From: Nitrosospira multiformis ATCC 25196
GTDB taxonomy: Bacteria; Pseudomonadota; Gammaproteobacteria; Burkholderiales; Nitrosomonadaceae
Direction of reading: 5' to 3'
Assembly: GCF_000196355.1 (NCBI RefSeq)
Contig: NC_007614.1
Span: 2,370,001-2,402,000 of the forward strand
Length of the DNA: 32,000 bases
Position numbers and translations under genes: made by a program. Positions 1 to 12,278 of the stretch are shown piece after piece. Position 1 is the stretch's first letter. Every line of letters begins with the position of its first letter. The notes below the pieces were generated by a model. It saw only the letters and a program-made list of their open reading frames with translations, did no database searches and was not told the DNA's origin.

Positions 1-1475
1 CGAGAGGTTACAAGGTCTATACCACTATCCGTTTTCTCGACCAGGAAGCCGCCTATAATGCAGTACGCCAGGGCGTGCTGGACTATGACTATCGGCACGG
101 TTATCGTGGTCCAGAAGCAGTCATAAAGCTGTCGGCAGGGGACTTGAAGCGGGAAGAAATACTCGATGAAGCGTTGCAGGAAGTGACTGACAGCGATGGC
201 ATTCTTGCCGCAGTCGCGCTGGAGGCAAGCCCGAAGCGGGTCAAGGCGTACCGCAAAGGCGGCGAAATCATCGAAATCAAGGGCGACGGACTCAAATTCG
301 CGGAGAAATTCCTGACTGCCAAACCTGCTGCCAATCAGCAGGTCATTCGACCCGGCTCTCTGATTCGTGTCCACAAAAACGAAAAGGGCACCTGGGAGAT
401 TACGCAACTGCCGCAGGTGGAAGCCTCGCTGGTTGCCATTAATCCCCACGACGGGGCGATCCGCGCCATGGTGGGAGGCTTTGATTTCAACCGCAACCAG
501 TTCAACCACGTTACCCAGGCATGGCGCCAGCCTGGCTCCAGCTTCAAGCCATTCATTTATTCCGCTTCTCTGGAAAAAGGCTTCACCCCGGCGACTGTCA
601 TCAATGATGCCCCGCTTTCGTTTACGGCCGAAGAGACCGGGAGCGATCAATGGGATCCCCGAAACTTCGGGGACAGTTATGATGGGCCGTTGCGCATGCG
701 TGAAGCGCTGGCAAGATCAAAGAATCTGGTTTCCATCCGCATTCTCCAGGCAATCGATGTGCAGTACGCGCAGGATTACGTGAGACGCTTCGGTTTTGAT
801 CCCAAACAGCACCCCGCCTACCTCGCGATGGCGCTTGGCGCCGGTTCAGTCACTCCGATGCAGATGGCGGTAGGTTACGCTGCATTCGCCAATGGCGGAT
901 TTCTGATATCCCCCTATCTCATACAACGCGTAGAGGATGTCAACGGCAATGTCGTGGAGCAATCGAAGCCCGCGCTGGCGGGTGAAAACGCCAAGCAGAT
1001 TATCGATCCACGCAATGCCTTTCTCATGTCCAGCATGATGCGGGATGTGGTGCAACGCGGAACCGCAACCAGAGCGAAACAGTTGGGCCGTAACGATCTG
1101 GCGGGTAAAACCGGCACTACCAGTAATTATGTGGACGCCTGGTTCTGCGGATATCAGCCCGATCTGGTCGCCATCGCCTGGATCGGTTTCGACAATCCGA
1201 GATCGTTGGGAGACAATGAAACCGGCGGTCGGGCGGCACTCCCCATCTGGATGAATTATATGGACAAGGCGTTGAAAGGCGTACCAGTCGCCTCCTATTC
1301 CGCTCCAAGCGGGATCACAACTGCCAGGATTAATCCGGAAACCGGCCTGCGAGGGAGCGGCGCGACGCTGGAGGAATACTTCATGGAAGAGCAGCTTCCT
1401 CCTGAAGAAGAGGATCCGATAGATATCACGATCAGATCGGTGGAGGACATCATAAACGATTTTCTGTCGAACTAG
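1..1475 (+). CDS. mrcA: Penicillin-binding protein 1A (transglycosylase/transpeptidase), 5'-truncated by the window edge
   Basis: The listed ORF starts at 75 but the frame is open upstream to the window start (..RGYKVYTTIRFLDQEAAYNAVRQGVLDYDYRHGYRG). Contains QPGSSFKPFIYS and DLAGKTGTTSNYVDAWFCGY transpeptidase motifs typical of class A PBPs. Confidence 0.93.
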   Translation, partial: RGYKVYTTIRFLDQEAAYNAVRQGVLDYDYRHGYRGPEAVIKLSAGDLKREEILDEALQEVTDSDGILAAVALEASPKRVKAYRKGGEIIEIKGDGLKFAEKFLTAKPAANQQVIRPGSLIRVHKNEKGTWEITQLPQVEASLVAINPHDGAIRAMVGGFDFNRNQFNHVTQAWRQPGSSFKPFIYSASLEKGFTPATVINDAPLSFTAEETGSDQWDPRNFGDSYDGPLRMREALARSKNLVSIRILQAIDVQYAQDYVRRFGFDPKQHPAYLAMALGAGSVTPMQMAVGYAAFANGGFLISPYLIQRVEDVNGNVVEQSKPALAGENAKQIIDPRNAFLMSSMMRDVVQRGTATRAKQLGRNDLAGKTGTTSNYVDAWFCGYQPDLVAIAWIGFDNPRSLGDNETGGRAALPIWMNYMDKALKGVPVASYSAPSGITTARINPETGLRGSGATLEEYFMEEQLPPEEEDPIDITIRSVEDIINDFLSN

Positions 1476-1544
1476 AAAGGGGGCGATTCCCGTTTCCTGC
1501 CTGTTCGCCCTGTTTCAGTCGTCCTCCACCAGTCTTATTTCGGC

Positions 1545-2615
<1,071 letters not shown>

Positions 2616-2708
2616 TTATATCTTACTGACAGACGTTGTTTATTTGTCTCCCGCTTTTCCTCCCTGAGCGGGTACCTTAATCCCTATTAAGGTAGTTTGC
2701 CCCCGGTT

Positions 2709-3416
2709 TTATTCCCCTTTAACCGGGGGTTTTTTATTTCTGGCGTTCGGTGGTTCCGGCGCATTTCCCTTACCGCTCTCCGGCGCACCTGCTTCTCTGA
2801 TCATACCGCTATCCGGCTCGATTCCTGACCCGAACCATGCATCAAGCAAGGCCGCCGCCTCCTTGACGCCTTCTCTGCTTGTGCTGGAAAACAATTGTAC
2901 GCTGCATTGTGGATAAGATTCACGCAAAAAACCCAGCACGGTTTTGAGAACTTTCTGCCCCTGCTGCCGCGTGAGTTTGTCCGATTTGGTAAGCAGCACG
3001 TGCACCGCTTTCTTCGTTGGCGCAAACCAGGCGAGCATTTGTCGATCCAGAGGGGTTAAAGGATGCCGTGCATCCATGATAAGAACCATGCCGTGAAGCG
3101 ATTGCCTCGTCTGAAGGTAAGTGCCGAGGAGACGTTCCCAATGCTGACGGACTTCCGCCGGCACCTTGGCATAACCATAACCAGGGAGATCCACCAGAAA
3201 TCTGTCGTTCCCCAACCGGAAAAAATTCAGATGCTGGGTGCGTCCCGGTGTTTTACTGACGAAAGCGAGGCGGTTACGGTTTGCCAGGGTGTTGATCGCG
3301 CTCGACTTGCCGGCGTTCGAGCGGCCGGCAAAGGCTATCTCGACTCCAACCGGGGGGGGCAGGTCGCGCAGCTCGTTGACGGTAGTGTAAAAGGTTGCGT
3401 TCTGAAAAACGGACAT
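2709..3416 (-). CDS. engB: Ribosome biogenesis GTP-binding protein EngB/YihA/YsxC
   Basis: [19 protein letters not shown] (P-loop), [34 protein letters not shown]. Confidence 0.95.
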
Positions 3417-3449
3417 ATCCAGTCTACGTCCGCAGGACGCAAAAGCAGA

Positions 3450-4238
3450 TCAATTTTCGATGGAATCTTCCGGGGAAGCTACGACCCCTCCCGAAGCTGT
3501 TTCTGAAGTCTCCCGGGCAATGGCCAGCAAGCCTTGCAAAACGAGATTATCCATCACTTTCACATTCACGTTAAGCTGGGGCTGCAACTGCTGCGCTGCA
3601 CCCCCGCTGAGAATGCACTCGGGCATGTGGCCGAGGGTACCGGCAAGCAAGGCCGCCATGCGTTCGATGGCGCCCGCCATCGCGTGCACCGCGCCGCTAT
3701 AGAGCGCATCTGCGGTACTGTCAGGATAATCGCAAAATTTTCCGCCCTCCGATTCCAGTGATCCAAGGTCCTCCACCAGTATCTTCTGCATCAGATCGAG
3801 CCCGGGGGTTATGAGTCCTCCGAGAAATTCACCTGTGTCGGAAAGCGCATCCACCGTCATGGCGGTTCCCGCATCGACTACCAGGCACCCCTGTCGCTCC
3901 AGCACCCACGCTGCCACGAGCGCCGCCCAGCGGTCGCTGCCAAGCTGGGCAGGATTGGAGTAATAGTTGCGAACCCCGCATTGATAGGGAACGGCAGTAA
4001 TCCATTGTGGCTCCGCTTTCCACTGCGCCAGTAGCTCCGACAGACTGCCCTTGACCCCGGCATTGGCGACATTGGATATCACTACGCGTGAAGGTTCACG
4101 CAAATCCCTCCATTCCCGCTCGAGCTGCACTCTGTCGCCCTGCGCCGCGACCCCTTGCATGAGCCAGTTGCGGCCATCATGCAGCCCCCACTTCACGCGC
4201 GTGTTGCCGGAATCCACCGCCAGCAGAAGAGGGTTCAT
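3450..4238 (-). CDS. coaX: Type III pantothenate kinase
   Basis: LLAVDSGNTRVKWGL, GSDRWAALVAA, CLVVDAGTAMTVD, GGLITPGLDLM, CILSGGAAQ; next to birA, a common arrangement. Confidence 0.93.
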   Translation of the reverse strand: MNPLLLAVDSGNTRVKWGLHDGRNWLMQGVAAQGDRVQLEREWRDLREPSRVVISNVANAGVKGSLSELLAQWKAEPQWITAVPYQCGVRNYYSNPAQLGSDRWAALVAAWVLERQGCLVVDAGTAMTVDALSDTGEFLGGLITPGLDLMQKILVEDLGSLESEGGKFCDYPDSTADALYSGAVHAMAGAIERMAALLAGTLGHMPECILSGGAAQQLQPQLNVNVKVMDNLVLQGLLAIARETSETASGGVVASPEDSIEN

Positions 4239-5228
4239 TTATGCTGTCCTGCGCAGCGATATCTCGCCGCCGCTGAAACTGCGAAGACCCAGTGACGTTT
4301 GCAGCAACAGCGACCCGCTATCCGATACCCCGTGCACCAGTCCTTCCTGGCCCGACCCGTCAGGTAGCTTGAGGGTGACGGCTTTGCCTTCACATACATG
4401 GCGATCCACCCATTCCTCCTTGAATGGCGTAAAACCCGACTGCTCAAATTCTCTCAATACTCGAGCAATATTCAGCAACAATTCAGCCAGCAATTTATTG
4501 CGATCCGGTGTTTCTCCACTGATGGAAAAAATATCCGTTGCCCCCTGGTCTATCCGCGCCTGAACGCTGTCGGACAATTTCAGGTTCATGCCTACACCGA
4601 TTACAGCAACGGTGGGACCGAGCATATCGCCATGCAGTTCTATCAATATACCTGCCAGTTTACAGAAATTGAACATCACATCGTTTGGCCATTTGAGTAC
4701 GGCCCCTTGTATCCCTGAAGATTCGAGCGCACGTACTATTGCAACGCCTGTGGCGAGACTCAAACCCGAAAGAAAGCTTGCACTTTGCTGAAACCGCCAT
4801 AGCACGGAAAACGCGAGACCGACTCCCAGGCCCGAGTGCCATTGCCGTCCTCGTCGTCCACGCCCCTTCGTTTGCAGCTCGGCCGCTACCACATGAATGA
4901 GCCCATCACGCAGGCTCAACCGGTTATCCGCCTCATGCAGTAAAAGGCTGTTGGTGGAATCGATCGTATCGAGTATTTCCAGATTGAATTTGTCCGCCTG
5001 ATGACCGAGGTGCTCAAGAATTGCATTTCGTTCCAGCCATTGCACCTGGTCGAGCAGGCGATAGCCGCGTCCCTTGATTTTATGAATGGTCAATCCAGCT
5101 TCATCCGCGTCGCGAAGAGCATTCGATACACTGGCGCGGGAAACTCCCAGAGCTTCGGCGATAGCCTGCCCTGAATGAAATTCGTTATCGCTCAGCACCC
5201 GGAGAATGGAAAAAGTGAATGGATTCAT
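4239..5228 (-). CDS. birA: Bifunctional biotin operon repressor / biotin-[acetyl-CoA-carboxylase] ligase
   Basis: N-terminal HTH (GQAIAEALGVSRASVSNALRDADEAG), then the ligase domain AAELQTKGRGRRGRQWHSG and LKWPNDVMFNFCKLAGILIE. Confidence 0.95.
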   Translation of the reverse strand: MNPFTFSILRVLSDNEFHSGQAIAEALGVSRASVSNALRDADEAGLTIHKIKGRGYRLLDQVQWLERNAILEHLGHQADKFNLEILDTIDSTNSLLLHEADNRLSLRDGLIHVVAAELQTKGRGRRGRQWHSGLGVGLAFSVLWRFQQSASFLSGLSLATGVAIVRALESSGIQGAVLKWPNDVMFNFCKLAGILIELHGDMLGPTVAVIGVGMNLKLSDSVQARIDQGATDIFSISGETPDRNKLLAELLLNIARVLREFEQSGFTPFKEEWVDRHVCEGKAVTLKLPDGSGQEGLVHGVSDSGSLLLQTSLGLRSFSGGEISLRRTA

Positions 5229-5360
5229 GTAATCAGTGTAGTGTAAATAAACGGAAATGGAACTTTGCCACGCGCATTCTCGCTCACAGTAAAAGAAATG
5301 CAGGAAGAAAGTCAGCAGGGGTACCTGGTCGAATTTGGCTCGATACGTTATTCAACTATA

Positions 5361-7166
5361 ATGAGCAGCCGGGCAAGCACAAACGAACAGGAGAGAGCAG
5401 AACCGCGTTCCCGCTTGCCACGAATTCCCGGAAAAGACGAGCAGGAATTCCCTTTCGAGAGGTCCAGTTTGAACGAAAAAGCTACACCTGGCGACGTAAC
5501 GCTGTGCGCGTCCAATTTCATACGCAATATCATCGAAGAAGACAATCGCACCGGCAAGTGGAACGGGCGGGTTGAAACGCGCTTCCCCCCCGAACCCAAC
5601 GGCTACCTGCATATCGGTCATGCCAAAAGCATTTGCCTAAATTTCGGCCTGGCGCGGGACTATAAAGGAATATGTCATCTGCGCTTCGATGACACCAACC
5701 CCGAAAAAGAAGAGCAGGAGTATGTCGATTCAATAATGGATGCGGTAAGATGGCTCGGCTTCGAATGGGGCGAGTATCTGCACTATGCGTCGGACTATTT
5801 TGACAAACTATACGAGTTTGCCGAATATCTCATCAAGCAGGGTAAAGCATACGTAGACAGCCTTACTGCCGAGGAAATCCGCGCGTTGCGGGGCACGCTT
5901 ACCGAGGCGGGCGAAAACAGCCCCTACCGCGACCGCTCCATCGAGGAAAATCTTGACCTGTTTCGCCGCATGAAGGCGGGTGAGTTTCCTGACGGCGCTC
6001 ACGTTCTGCGCGCCAGAATCGATATGGCTTCCCCTAATATCAATCTGCGCGATCCCGTAATTTACCGGATTCGCCATGTCCGCCATCACCGGACGGGTGA
6101 CAAATGGTGTATTTATCCGATGTATGACTACACCCACTGCATATCGGATGCGCTGGAAAGGATCACGCACTCGCTGTGCACGCTGGAATTCGAGGATCAC
6201 CGTCCCCTCTATGACTGGATACTGGATCGATTGACAGATGTTGTTCCCTGTCATCCGCAACAGATCGAATTCGCGCGTTTGAATCTCACCTACACCGTCA
6301 TGAGCAAGCGCAAGCTGATCGAATTGGTCAGCGGGAGTTTTGTGGATGGATGGGATGATCCGCGCATGAATACCCTTGCCGGAGTGAGACGCCGCGGTTA
6401 TACACCGGAATCCATCCGCCTGTTTGCGGAACGCATCGGCGTCAGCAAAGCCGATTCATGGATAGACATGGGCATTCTGGAAGAATGCCTGCGCGAAGAC
6501 ATGAATGAGCGTGCGCAGCGGCGGCTGGCTATCCTCGCCCCCCTCAAGGTCGTTATCGATAACTATCCTGAAAATGCCGAGGAAGAGTGCCTTGCCCCCA
6601 ATCATCCCCAAAAGCCGGAATGGGGAAGCCGTATCGTACACCTGACGAAAACGATCTACATAGAACGCAGTGATTTTATGGAGAATCCTCCCAAGGGGTA
6701 TTTCCGCCTGTCACCTGGAGGCGAAGTAAGGTTGCGGTACGCCTACATCGTAAAATGCGTAGATGTTGTGAAAGGGGTCAATGGCGAAATCCTGGAAATC
6801 CATTGCACCTATGATCCGGACAGCAAGAGCGGCACGCCCGGAGCCGATAAACGCAAGGTCAAGGGGAATATTCACTGGCTCTCAGCCGTCCACGCGCAAC
6901 AAGCGGAAGTACGGCTTTATGATCGCTTGTTCACTCAGGCTCACCCTGATACAGGCGGGCGGGACTATAAAGCATTTCTGAATCCGGATTCAAAGAAGGT
7001 CCTTGCAGCCTATGTCGAGCCCGTACTCATGACAGCACAACCTGAGGAACGTTTTCAATTCGAGCGTCATGGCTATTTCGTCGCAGATCTGAAGGAAACA
7101 AAATCGGGAAAACCTGTATTCAATCGCGCGGTCACCCTGCGTGACTCGTGGGGAAAACCGGGTTGA
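5361..7166 (+). CDS. glnS: Glutaminyl-tRNA synthetase (start likely the ATG at 5361; the open frame extends to 5265)
   Basis: [22 protein letters not shown] (HIGH), [24 protein letters not shown] (KMSKS-like) and [21 protein letters not shown] match GlnRS. Confidence 0.95.
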   Translation: MSSRASTNEQERAEPRSRLPRIPGKDEQEFPFERSSLNEKATPGDVTLCASNFIRNIIEEDNRTGKWNGRVETRFPPEPNGYLHIGHAKSICLNFGLARDYKGICHLRFDDTNPEKEEQEYVDSIMDAVRWLGFEWGEYLHYASDYFDKLYEFAEYLIKQGKAYVDSLTAEEIRALRGTLTEAGENSPYRDRSIEENLDLFRRMKAGEFPDGAHVLRARIDMASPNINLRDPVIYRIRHVRHHRTGDKWCIYPMYDYTHCISDALERITHSLCTLEFEDHRPLYDWILDRLTDVVPCHPQQIEFARLNLTYTVMSKRKLIELVSGSFVDGWDDPRMNTLAGVRRRGYTPESIRLFAERIGVSKADSWIDMGILEECLREDMNERAQRRLAILAPLKVVIDNYPENAEEECLAPNHPQKPEWGSRIVHLTKTIYIERSDFMENPPKGYFRLSPGGEVRLRYAYIVKCVDVVKGVNGEILEIHCTYDPDSKSGTPGADKRKVKGNIHWLSAVHAQQAEVRLYDRLFTQAHPDTGGRDYKAFLNPDSKKVLAAYVEPVLMTAQPEERFQFERHGYFVADLKETKSGKPVFNRAVTLRDSWGKPG

Positions 7167-7494
7167 TTTCGGACAAGTATGCTGGCTCCGCTGCAAGCAG
7201 GATAGCGCCAATTTGTGTGCTTTGCTCCCGCCGCCGGTTGAATGGACTGCTTGTATCGAGATATCATTAAAATGATACTTCCCTTTCTCGTTTTTTTTCG
7301 CTAGGATACTGAAAAATGACGGACCGGCCAAAAATTGCTGGCCTGAGAAGCAAAAAAATATAATTCCTGATATTCTTGTATCTATCACTGCCCCTTCTGG
7401 TATCAATGGCAGGTGTCATTAATAGAGACCTGCCCTTGCAGAATTAACTGAATGTCAGTCGTACACATTTCATTTAAGCGATTTGGAAAAGCAC

Positions 7495-7818
7495 ATGAGT
7501 CATACCCACCATATTTCTGACGGAAATTTTGAGACTGAAGTATTGCAGTCGACAGTCCCTGTACTGGTTGACTATTGGGCAGAATGGTGTGGACCATGCA
7601 AGATGATAGCGCCCATCCTGGACGAGGTAGCCAAGGAATATGGCGACCGCCTCAAGGTTGCCAAGCTCAATATCGACGAAAACCAGGCTACGCCCCCCAA
7701 ATATGGTATTCGCGGTATCCCTACTCTCATGCTCTTCAAAAACGGAAATATCGAAGCCACCAAAGTAGGGGCGTTATCGAAATCCCAGCTCACTGCTTTT
7801 ATTGACAGTCACATCTAA
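7495..7818 (+). CDS. trxA: Thioredoxin
   Basis: [25 protein letters not shown] with a CGPC active site; about 108 aa from the ATG at 7495 (ORF track starts at 7483). Confidence 0.95.
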   Translation: MSHTHHISDGNFETEVLQSTVPVLVDYWAEWCGPCKMIAPILDEVAKEYGDRLKVAKLNIDENQATPPKYGIRGIPTLMLFKNGNIEATKVGALSKSQLTAFIDSHI

Positions 7819-7974
7819 AACTGCTAAGTTATAATTAACGCATTCCGCAAGCTCTCCGGTAGTTTCCGGTTCGATTACGTTCGCCGCTTCGAATTCTCGT
7901 TCGGCTCCATCGGTTTTCCCAACGCTTCCTGACGCTTTCTTTACGTCCCTCTTCTTCACCCACGGATTCCGTTC

Positions 7975-9234
7975 ATGCATCTATCCGACCTCAAAAACTT
8001 CCACGTCACCGAACTGGTGGAAATGGCAATTGCCAATGAAATTGACGGTGCTAACCGGTTACGGAAACAGGATCTGATTTTCGCATTATTGAAGAATCAG
8101 GCACGGAAAGGCGAAAGCATTTTCGGCGAAGGCACCTTGGAAGTGCTGCAGGATGGTTTTGGCTTCTTGCGTTCTCCCGACACCTCATATCTCGCCGGTC
8201 CGGATGACATTTATGTCTCACCCAGCCAGATACGGCGCTTCAACCTTCATACGGGGGATTCGATAGAGGGCGAAATAAGGACGCCCAAGGACGGGGAGCG
8301 TTATTTCGCGCTGGTCAAGGTCGATAAGGTCAACGGAGAACCTCCTGAAAACTCCAAACACAAGATACTGTTTGAAAATCTCACCCCCCTCTTTCCCACC
8401 GAGCGGCTGCAGCTCGAACGCGAGATCAAGGCCGAGGAAAACGTTACCAGTCGCATCATCGATCTGATCGCCCCCATCGGCAAAGGACAGCGGGGCCTCC
8501 TGGTAGCCAGTCCCAAATCAGGCAAGACGGTCATGCTTCAGCACATCGCCCACGCCATTGCCGCCAATTACCCGGATGTGATGCTGATGGTGCTGCTGAT
8601 AGACGAGCGTCCCGAAGAAGTGACCGAGATGATCCGGTCGGTAAGAGGTGAAGTGATTTCTTCCACTTTCGATGAGCCGGCTGTACGTCACGTGCAAGTG
8701 GCGGATATGGTCATCGAAAAAGCCAAACGGTTGGTGGAACACAAGAAGGACGTGGTAATCCTGCTGGATTCGATCACCCGGCTCGCGCGCGCCTATAACA
8801 CAGTGGTACCTGCTTCCGGCAAGGTGCTGACGGGGGGTGTGGATGCCAACGCGCTGCAACGGCCGAAGCGGTTTTTTGGGGCTGCTCGCAATATCGAGGA
8901 GGGTGGCTCTCTCACCATTATTGCCACCGCGCTGGTCGACACCGGCTCGCGCATGGACGATGTGATTTATGAGGAATTCAAGGGTACCGGCAACATGGAA
9001 ATCCATCTTGACCGGCGCATGGCAGAAAAACGCATTTATCCCGCCATCAACGTCAACCGTTCCGGCACCCGCCGGGAAGAACTCCTGATCAAGCCCGATG
9101 TATTGCAGAAAATCTGGGTACTGCGCAAGCTGCTCTACCCGATGGATGACATGGAGGCAATGGAATTTCTGCTCGACAAGATCAAGGCAACGAAGAACAA
9201 CGCGGATTTCTTCGATTCAATGCGGCGGGTCTAA
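7975..9234 (+). CDS. rho: Transcription termination factor Rho
   Basis: 419 aa; [97 protein letters not shown]. Confidence 0.98.
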   Translation: MHLSDLKNFHVTELVEMAIANEIDGANRLRKQDLIFALLKNQARKGESIFGEGTLEVLQDGFGFLRSPDTSYLAGPDDIYVSPSQIRRFNLHTGDSIEGEIRTPKDGERYFALVKVDKVNGEPPENSKHKILFENLTPLFPTERLQLEREIKAEENVTSRIIDLIAPIGKGQRGLLVASPKSGKTVMLQHIAHAIAANYPDVMLMVLLIDERPEEVTEMIRSVRGEVISSTFDEPAVRHVQVADMVIEKAKRLVEHKKDVVILLDSITRLARAYNTVVPASGKVLTGGVDANALQRPKRFFGAARNIEEGGSLTIIATALVDTGSRMDDVIYEEFKGTGNMEIHLDRRMAEKRIYPAINVNRSGTRREELLIKPDVLQKIWVLRKLLYPMDDMEAMEFLLDKIKATKNNADFFDSMRRV

Positions 9235-9375
9235 TATACTAACCTAAACATTGAATACCCCCCCTCTCCCGGAATGCCTTATTGCATCCCGTTTGCGAGT
9301 AGAGGATAATACGCCGCTTTCCCCGAAATCAGGCACATATCGTAAGGGGAGCCTTTGCAAGCTGAGGATCATTTC

Positions 9376-9603
9376 ATGAAACCAGACATTCATCCAGATT
9401 ACCAGGAAATAACCGTGACCTGCAGTTGCGGCAGCACTTTTCAAACCCGTTCCACCATGGGCAAACCCCTGCATATCGAGGTTTGCTCAGTTTGTCATCC
9501 ATTTTATACAGGTAAACAAAAAATCGTCGATACTGCTGGCCGTGTCGAGAAATTCCGTCAGAAATACGGCAAGAAAGTGGAAAAACAACCGGCGGCTGGA
9601 TAG
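9376..9603 (+). CDS. rpmE: 50S ribosomal protein L31 (start likely 9376; ORF opens at 9355)
   Basis: [60 protein letters not shown]; zinc-type L31 with CxC..CxxC. Confidence 0.96.
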   Translation: MKPDIHPDYQEITVTCSCGSTFQTRSTMGKPLHIEVCSVCHPFYTGKQKIVDTAGRVEKFRQKYGKKVEKQPAAG

Positions 9604-9625
9604 GCGGTTACTGAACTTTGAAAAA

Positions 9626-9648
9626 GGCAGCCCCTGGGCTGCCTTTTT
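9626..9648 (+). terminator. Rho-independent terminator after rpmE
   Basis: Stem GGCAGCC / GGCTGCC with a 4-nt loop, preceded by AAAAA and followed by TTTTT (9644-9648), about 20 nt past the rpmE stop. Confidence 0.85.
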
Positions 9649-10040
9649 AATTTCCAGTGAATTAAATGAGCTTTGTGAGGCTCATTTTTAAATTCGCTGC
9701 CGTGCTCGACTGCATATACCTGCTTGCGACAGGATAACCCTATCCTGGGGGGACTTATCACCCTGCCAAGCTTACCTTTGGTCGGCAACCCGGCTCGCGC
9801 GCCGCATTCGCCCGTTACTGGTCTGAATTTTCCTGGTGAAATCCACATTCATGCGCAGAAGTCGCTTGACTGGCTTAAGGAATTTTGAATCTGGAATCGC
9901 CTTTTGCTGCGGCGGGATTGAGATGGAACACTTCCCTGTTCATGGCGCGGATAGCGCCCGCAATAGTTCTTTTTATTTTCCGTCTCTTGATTTATTCGTT
10001 TGTACGGGCCGGATTCTACGAGGGGCAACTTGCAGGAAAA

Positions 10041-11135
10041 ATGAAAAGGATGGTATTGGCAGCCTTTTTTCTTCTAAATGCAAGCCCCTCCGCAGGAGCA
10101 GGGGGTGACCTTGACGATAGACTGCGCTCGCCACTGACACTCGCTGCCTATGTTGAAGGTTACTACAGTCACGATTTCAACGAACCGGTAAATAACGCTA
10201 AACCTCCCTTTCTCACCAGCTTCAGCAAAAGCAATCAACCCGCAGTAAATCTCGCCTTCATAAAGGCATCGTACGCAACACCCAATATCAGGGCAAACTT
10301 TGCGCTCGCAGCAGGCACCTACATGAACACGAACTATGCTGCAGAACCTGGCATTCTGGGCCATTTATACGAAGGCAACATCGCCTTGAGACTATCCGGC
10401 GAAAATAAACTCTGGCTGGAAGCTGGCGTTTTCCCTTCGCATATCGGCTTTGAAAGCGCAACAGGGAAAAACAATTGGACCCTGACGAGAAGCATGGCGG
10501 CGGAGAACACACCCTATTTCGAGTCAGGCGTCAGGATCGACTTCACTTCGGCTGATGATAAATGGTTTTTAAGCGGATTGGTGCTGAACGGCTGGCAACA
10601 TATAAAACCGGTGGACGGAAACACGCTTCCCGCCTTCGGCACACAGATTACCTACCGACCTTCTCCTGAAATAACGTTCAATAGCAGCACCTTTGCGGGC
10701 AGCGACAAGCCCGACAGTCACCGGCAAATGCGTTACTTCCATAATTTCTACGGAATTTTCAAACTGAATGAGGAGCTTGCAGCGACTGTTGGATTCGATA
10801 TCGGCGTCGAACAAAAAAGCAAGCATTCGGGCAGCCTTAACACGTGGTTCAACCCTACAGTCATTCTGAGATATGTGCAAACGCCCAGAACAGCGGTTGC
10901 TGTAAGGGCAGAATACTACAATGACAAACAAGGCGTAATGATTGCATCCGCAAAGCCTCATGGTTTCCGGACATGGGGTTTTTCAGCCAATTTCGATTAC
11001 AACATCACTGACAATCTGCTGTGGAGGCTTGAGGCCAGAACGCTGCTCAGTAAAGACGATATTTTTGCTGGTAAAAATGGTACTTCCAGAGATAGCGCCA
11101 CTTTTTTCACTACGTCGATCGTCGCCCATTTTTAA
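10041..11135 (+). CDS. Secreted outer-membrane beta-barrel (putative porin, OmpL/Bbp2-like)
   Basis: Signal peptide MKRMVLAAFFLLNASPSAGA from the ATG at 10041. Then LAAYVEGYYSHDFNEP, NLAFIKASYATPNIRANFALAAGTYMNTNYAAEPG, alternating beta-strand pattern, and a C-terminal aromatic residue (..IVAHF). Family call is from resemblance only. Confidence 0.7.
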   Translation: MKRMVLAAFFLLNASPSAGAGGDLDDRLRSPLTLAAYVEGYYSHDFNEPVNNAKPPFLTSFSKSNQPAVNLAFIKASYATPNIRANFALAAGTYMNTNYAAEPGILGHLYEGNIALRLSGENKLWLEAGVFPSHIGFESATGKNNWTLTRSMAAENTPYFESGVRIDFTSADDKWFLSGLVLNGWQHIKPVDGNTLPAFGTQITYRPSPEITFNSSTFAGSDKPDSHRQMRYFHNFYGIFKLNEELAATVGFDIGVEQKSKHSGSLNTWFNPTVILRYVQTPRTAVAVRAEYYNDKQGVMIASAKPHGFRTWGFSANFDYNITDNLLWRLEARTLLSKDDIFAGKNGTSRDSATFFTTSIVAHF

Positions 11136-11381
11136 TGGGCAATATGCTTTCAAGCCCCGCCTTCCTCTATTCCCTCCCGTGAACTGTTGTCCCGCTTCGG
11201 CAGGTTTTGTTTGGTGGGAGACACTCCACCGAAACTCGAACTTTTGATACTTTATGCTGTGTTAAGCGTATTTGTGCTAAAGCGAACAGAATTAGGTGAG
11301 CGACAAGTAATAAAATTAATGTAGAGCTAAAAGTTCAGTCACTATGTACCGGATATTATTACTCTTTTAACGGGTTTCACT

Positions 11382-11609
11382 ATGGCCGTTTACCAGGACA
11401 GCAGCTATCTTATCCGCTGCGACCATTTTGATTTCAATGTTAAGCGTGCACCTGGTACCAACGCATCGGTAAGTGGTATCTACCGGTGCATAGGCTGCGG
11501 CCAGGAAATTGTTGTAACGAAAGGACAGTTACTGCCGGGATACGAAGAACATATCCACGGTTTCGAACTTGGACCGCCCCGCTGGCAGCTTATCGTCTTC
11601 ATCCTCTAG
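11382..11609 (+). CDS. Small protein with one CxxC knuckle (75 aa)
   Basis: MAVYQDSSYLIRCDH...GIYRCIGCGQEIVVTKGQLLPGYEEHIHGFELGPPRWQLIVFIL; reads as a zinc-ribbon-like small protein. Confidence 0.6.
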   Translation: MAVYQDSSYLIRCDHFDFNVKRAPGTNASVSGIYRCIGCGQEIVVTKGQLLPGYEEHIHGFELGPPRWQLIVFIL

Positions 11610-11706
11610 CTCGCGCTTTTTTCCAGGCCTTTTCGAGGATCTTCATGAGGAACTGTGGAATAAGCTGAATCTGCACCTCACCTATGAACTCCTATGCTAT
11701 CGAAGT

Positions 11707-12153
11707 TTACGTTCCAATTCCCTTTTTTTGCAGCTCCGCCTTTGCATTCTCGGTCTTCTCCAACTCCAGTTCCATGTACTTCAACACTCCGGGGATTTTC
11801 GTAAACTGTATATCCCCATACTCGACTACCTGAACGCGATTACCCCAAGGATCGAGGAAGTCGAGGAAGCCTCCTTCGAGCACTGTCGCTCCCGCCGCTT
11901 CAGCGAGTTCGCGTACATTTGAGCGGTCATCGACCACAAGGCCGAAATGCCTGTCATCGTCGGGGCTTTGCGATCGCCCTTCCATCAGTGCAATGAACTG
12001 GTCTCCCATATCGATAAAGGCAGCGCCCTGGCTTCGTCCTCGTAATTTAAAGGTGAAGATGCGGCCATAAAAAGCCAACGCTTCTTCGATGTCACCGACC
12101 TCCAGCGCTATATGATTGATGCCGACCATGTGCGGTTTTGTCTTCTCGCTCAT
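11707..12153 (-). CDS. VOC family (glyoxalase/bleomycin resistance-like) protein
   Basis: GINHIALEVGDIEEALAFYGRIFTFKLRG...AFIDMGDQFIALMEG...FLDFLDPWGNRVQVVEYGDIQF. Confidence 0.85.
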   Translation of the reverse strand: MSEKTKPHMVGINHIALEVGDIEEALAFYGRIFTFKLRGRSQGAAFIDMGDQFIALMEGRSQSPDDDRHFGLVVDDRSNVRELAEAAGATVLEGGFLDFLDPWGNRVQVVEYGDIQFTKIPGVLKYMELELEKTENAKAELQKKGIGT

Positions 12154-12278
12154 CTGTTTCCTCCTGATGGATAGGCGTTCTGCTCCAGGAATCGTTACTT
12201 GTCTTGCCTATTTTAGGTCTGCCATTTTCTTTTTGCTTTTCATGCCACATTGCATCGTTTTTGATATCCCCTTCCAGC

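Noticed and set aside
1480-1500. Terminator between the mrcA and hemB ends
   Set aside because: GGGGGCGATTCCCG can form only a short weak stem with no T-run; not enough to call.
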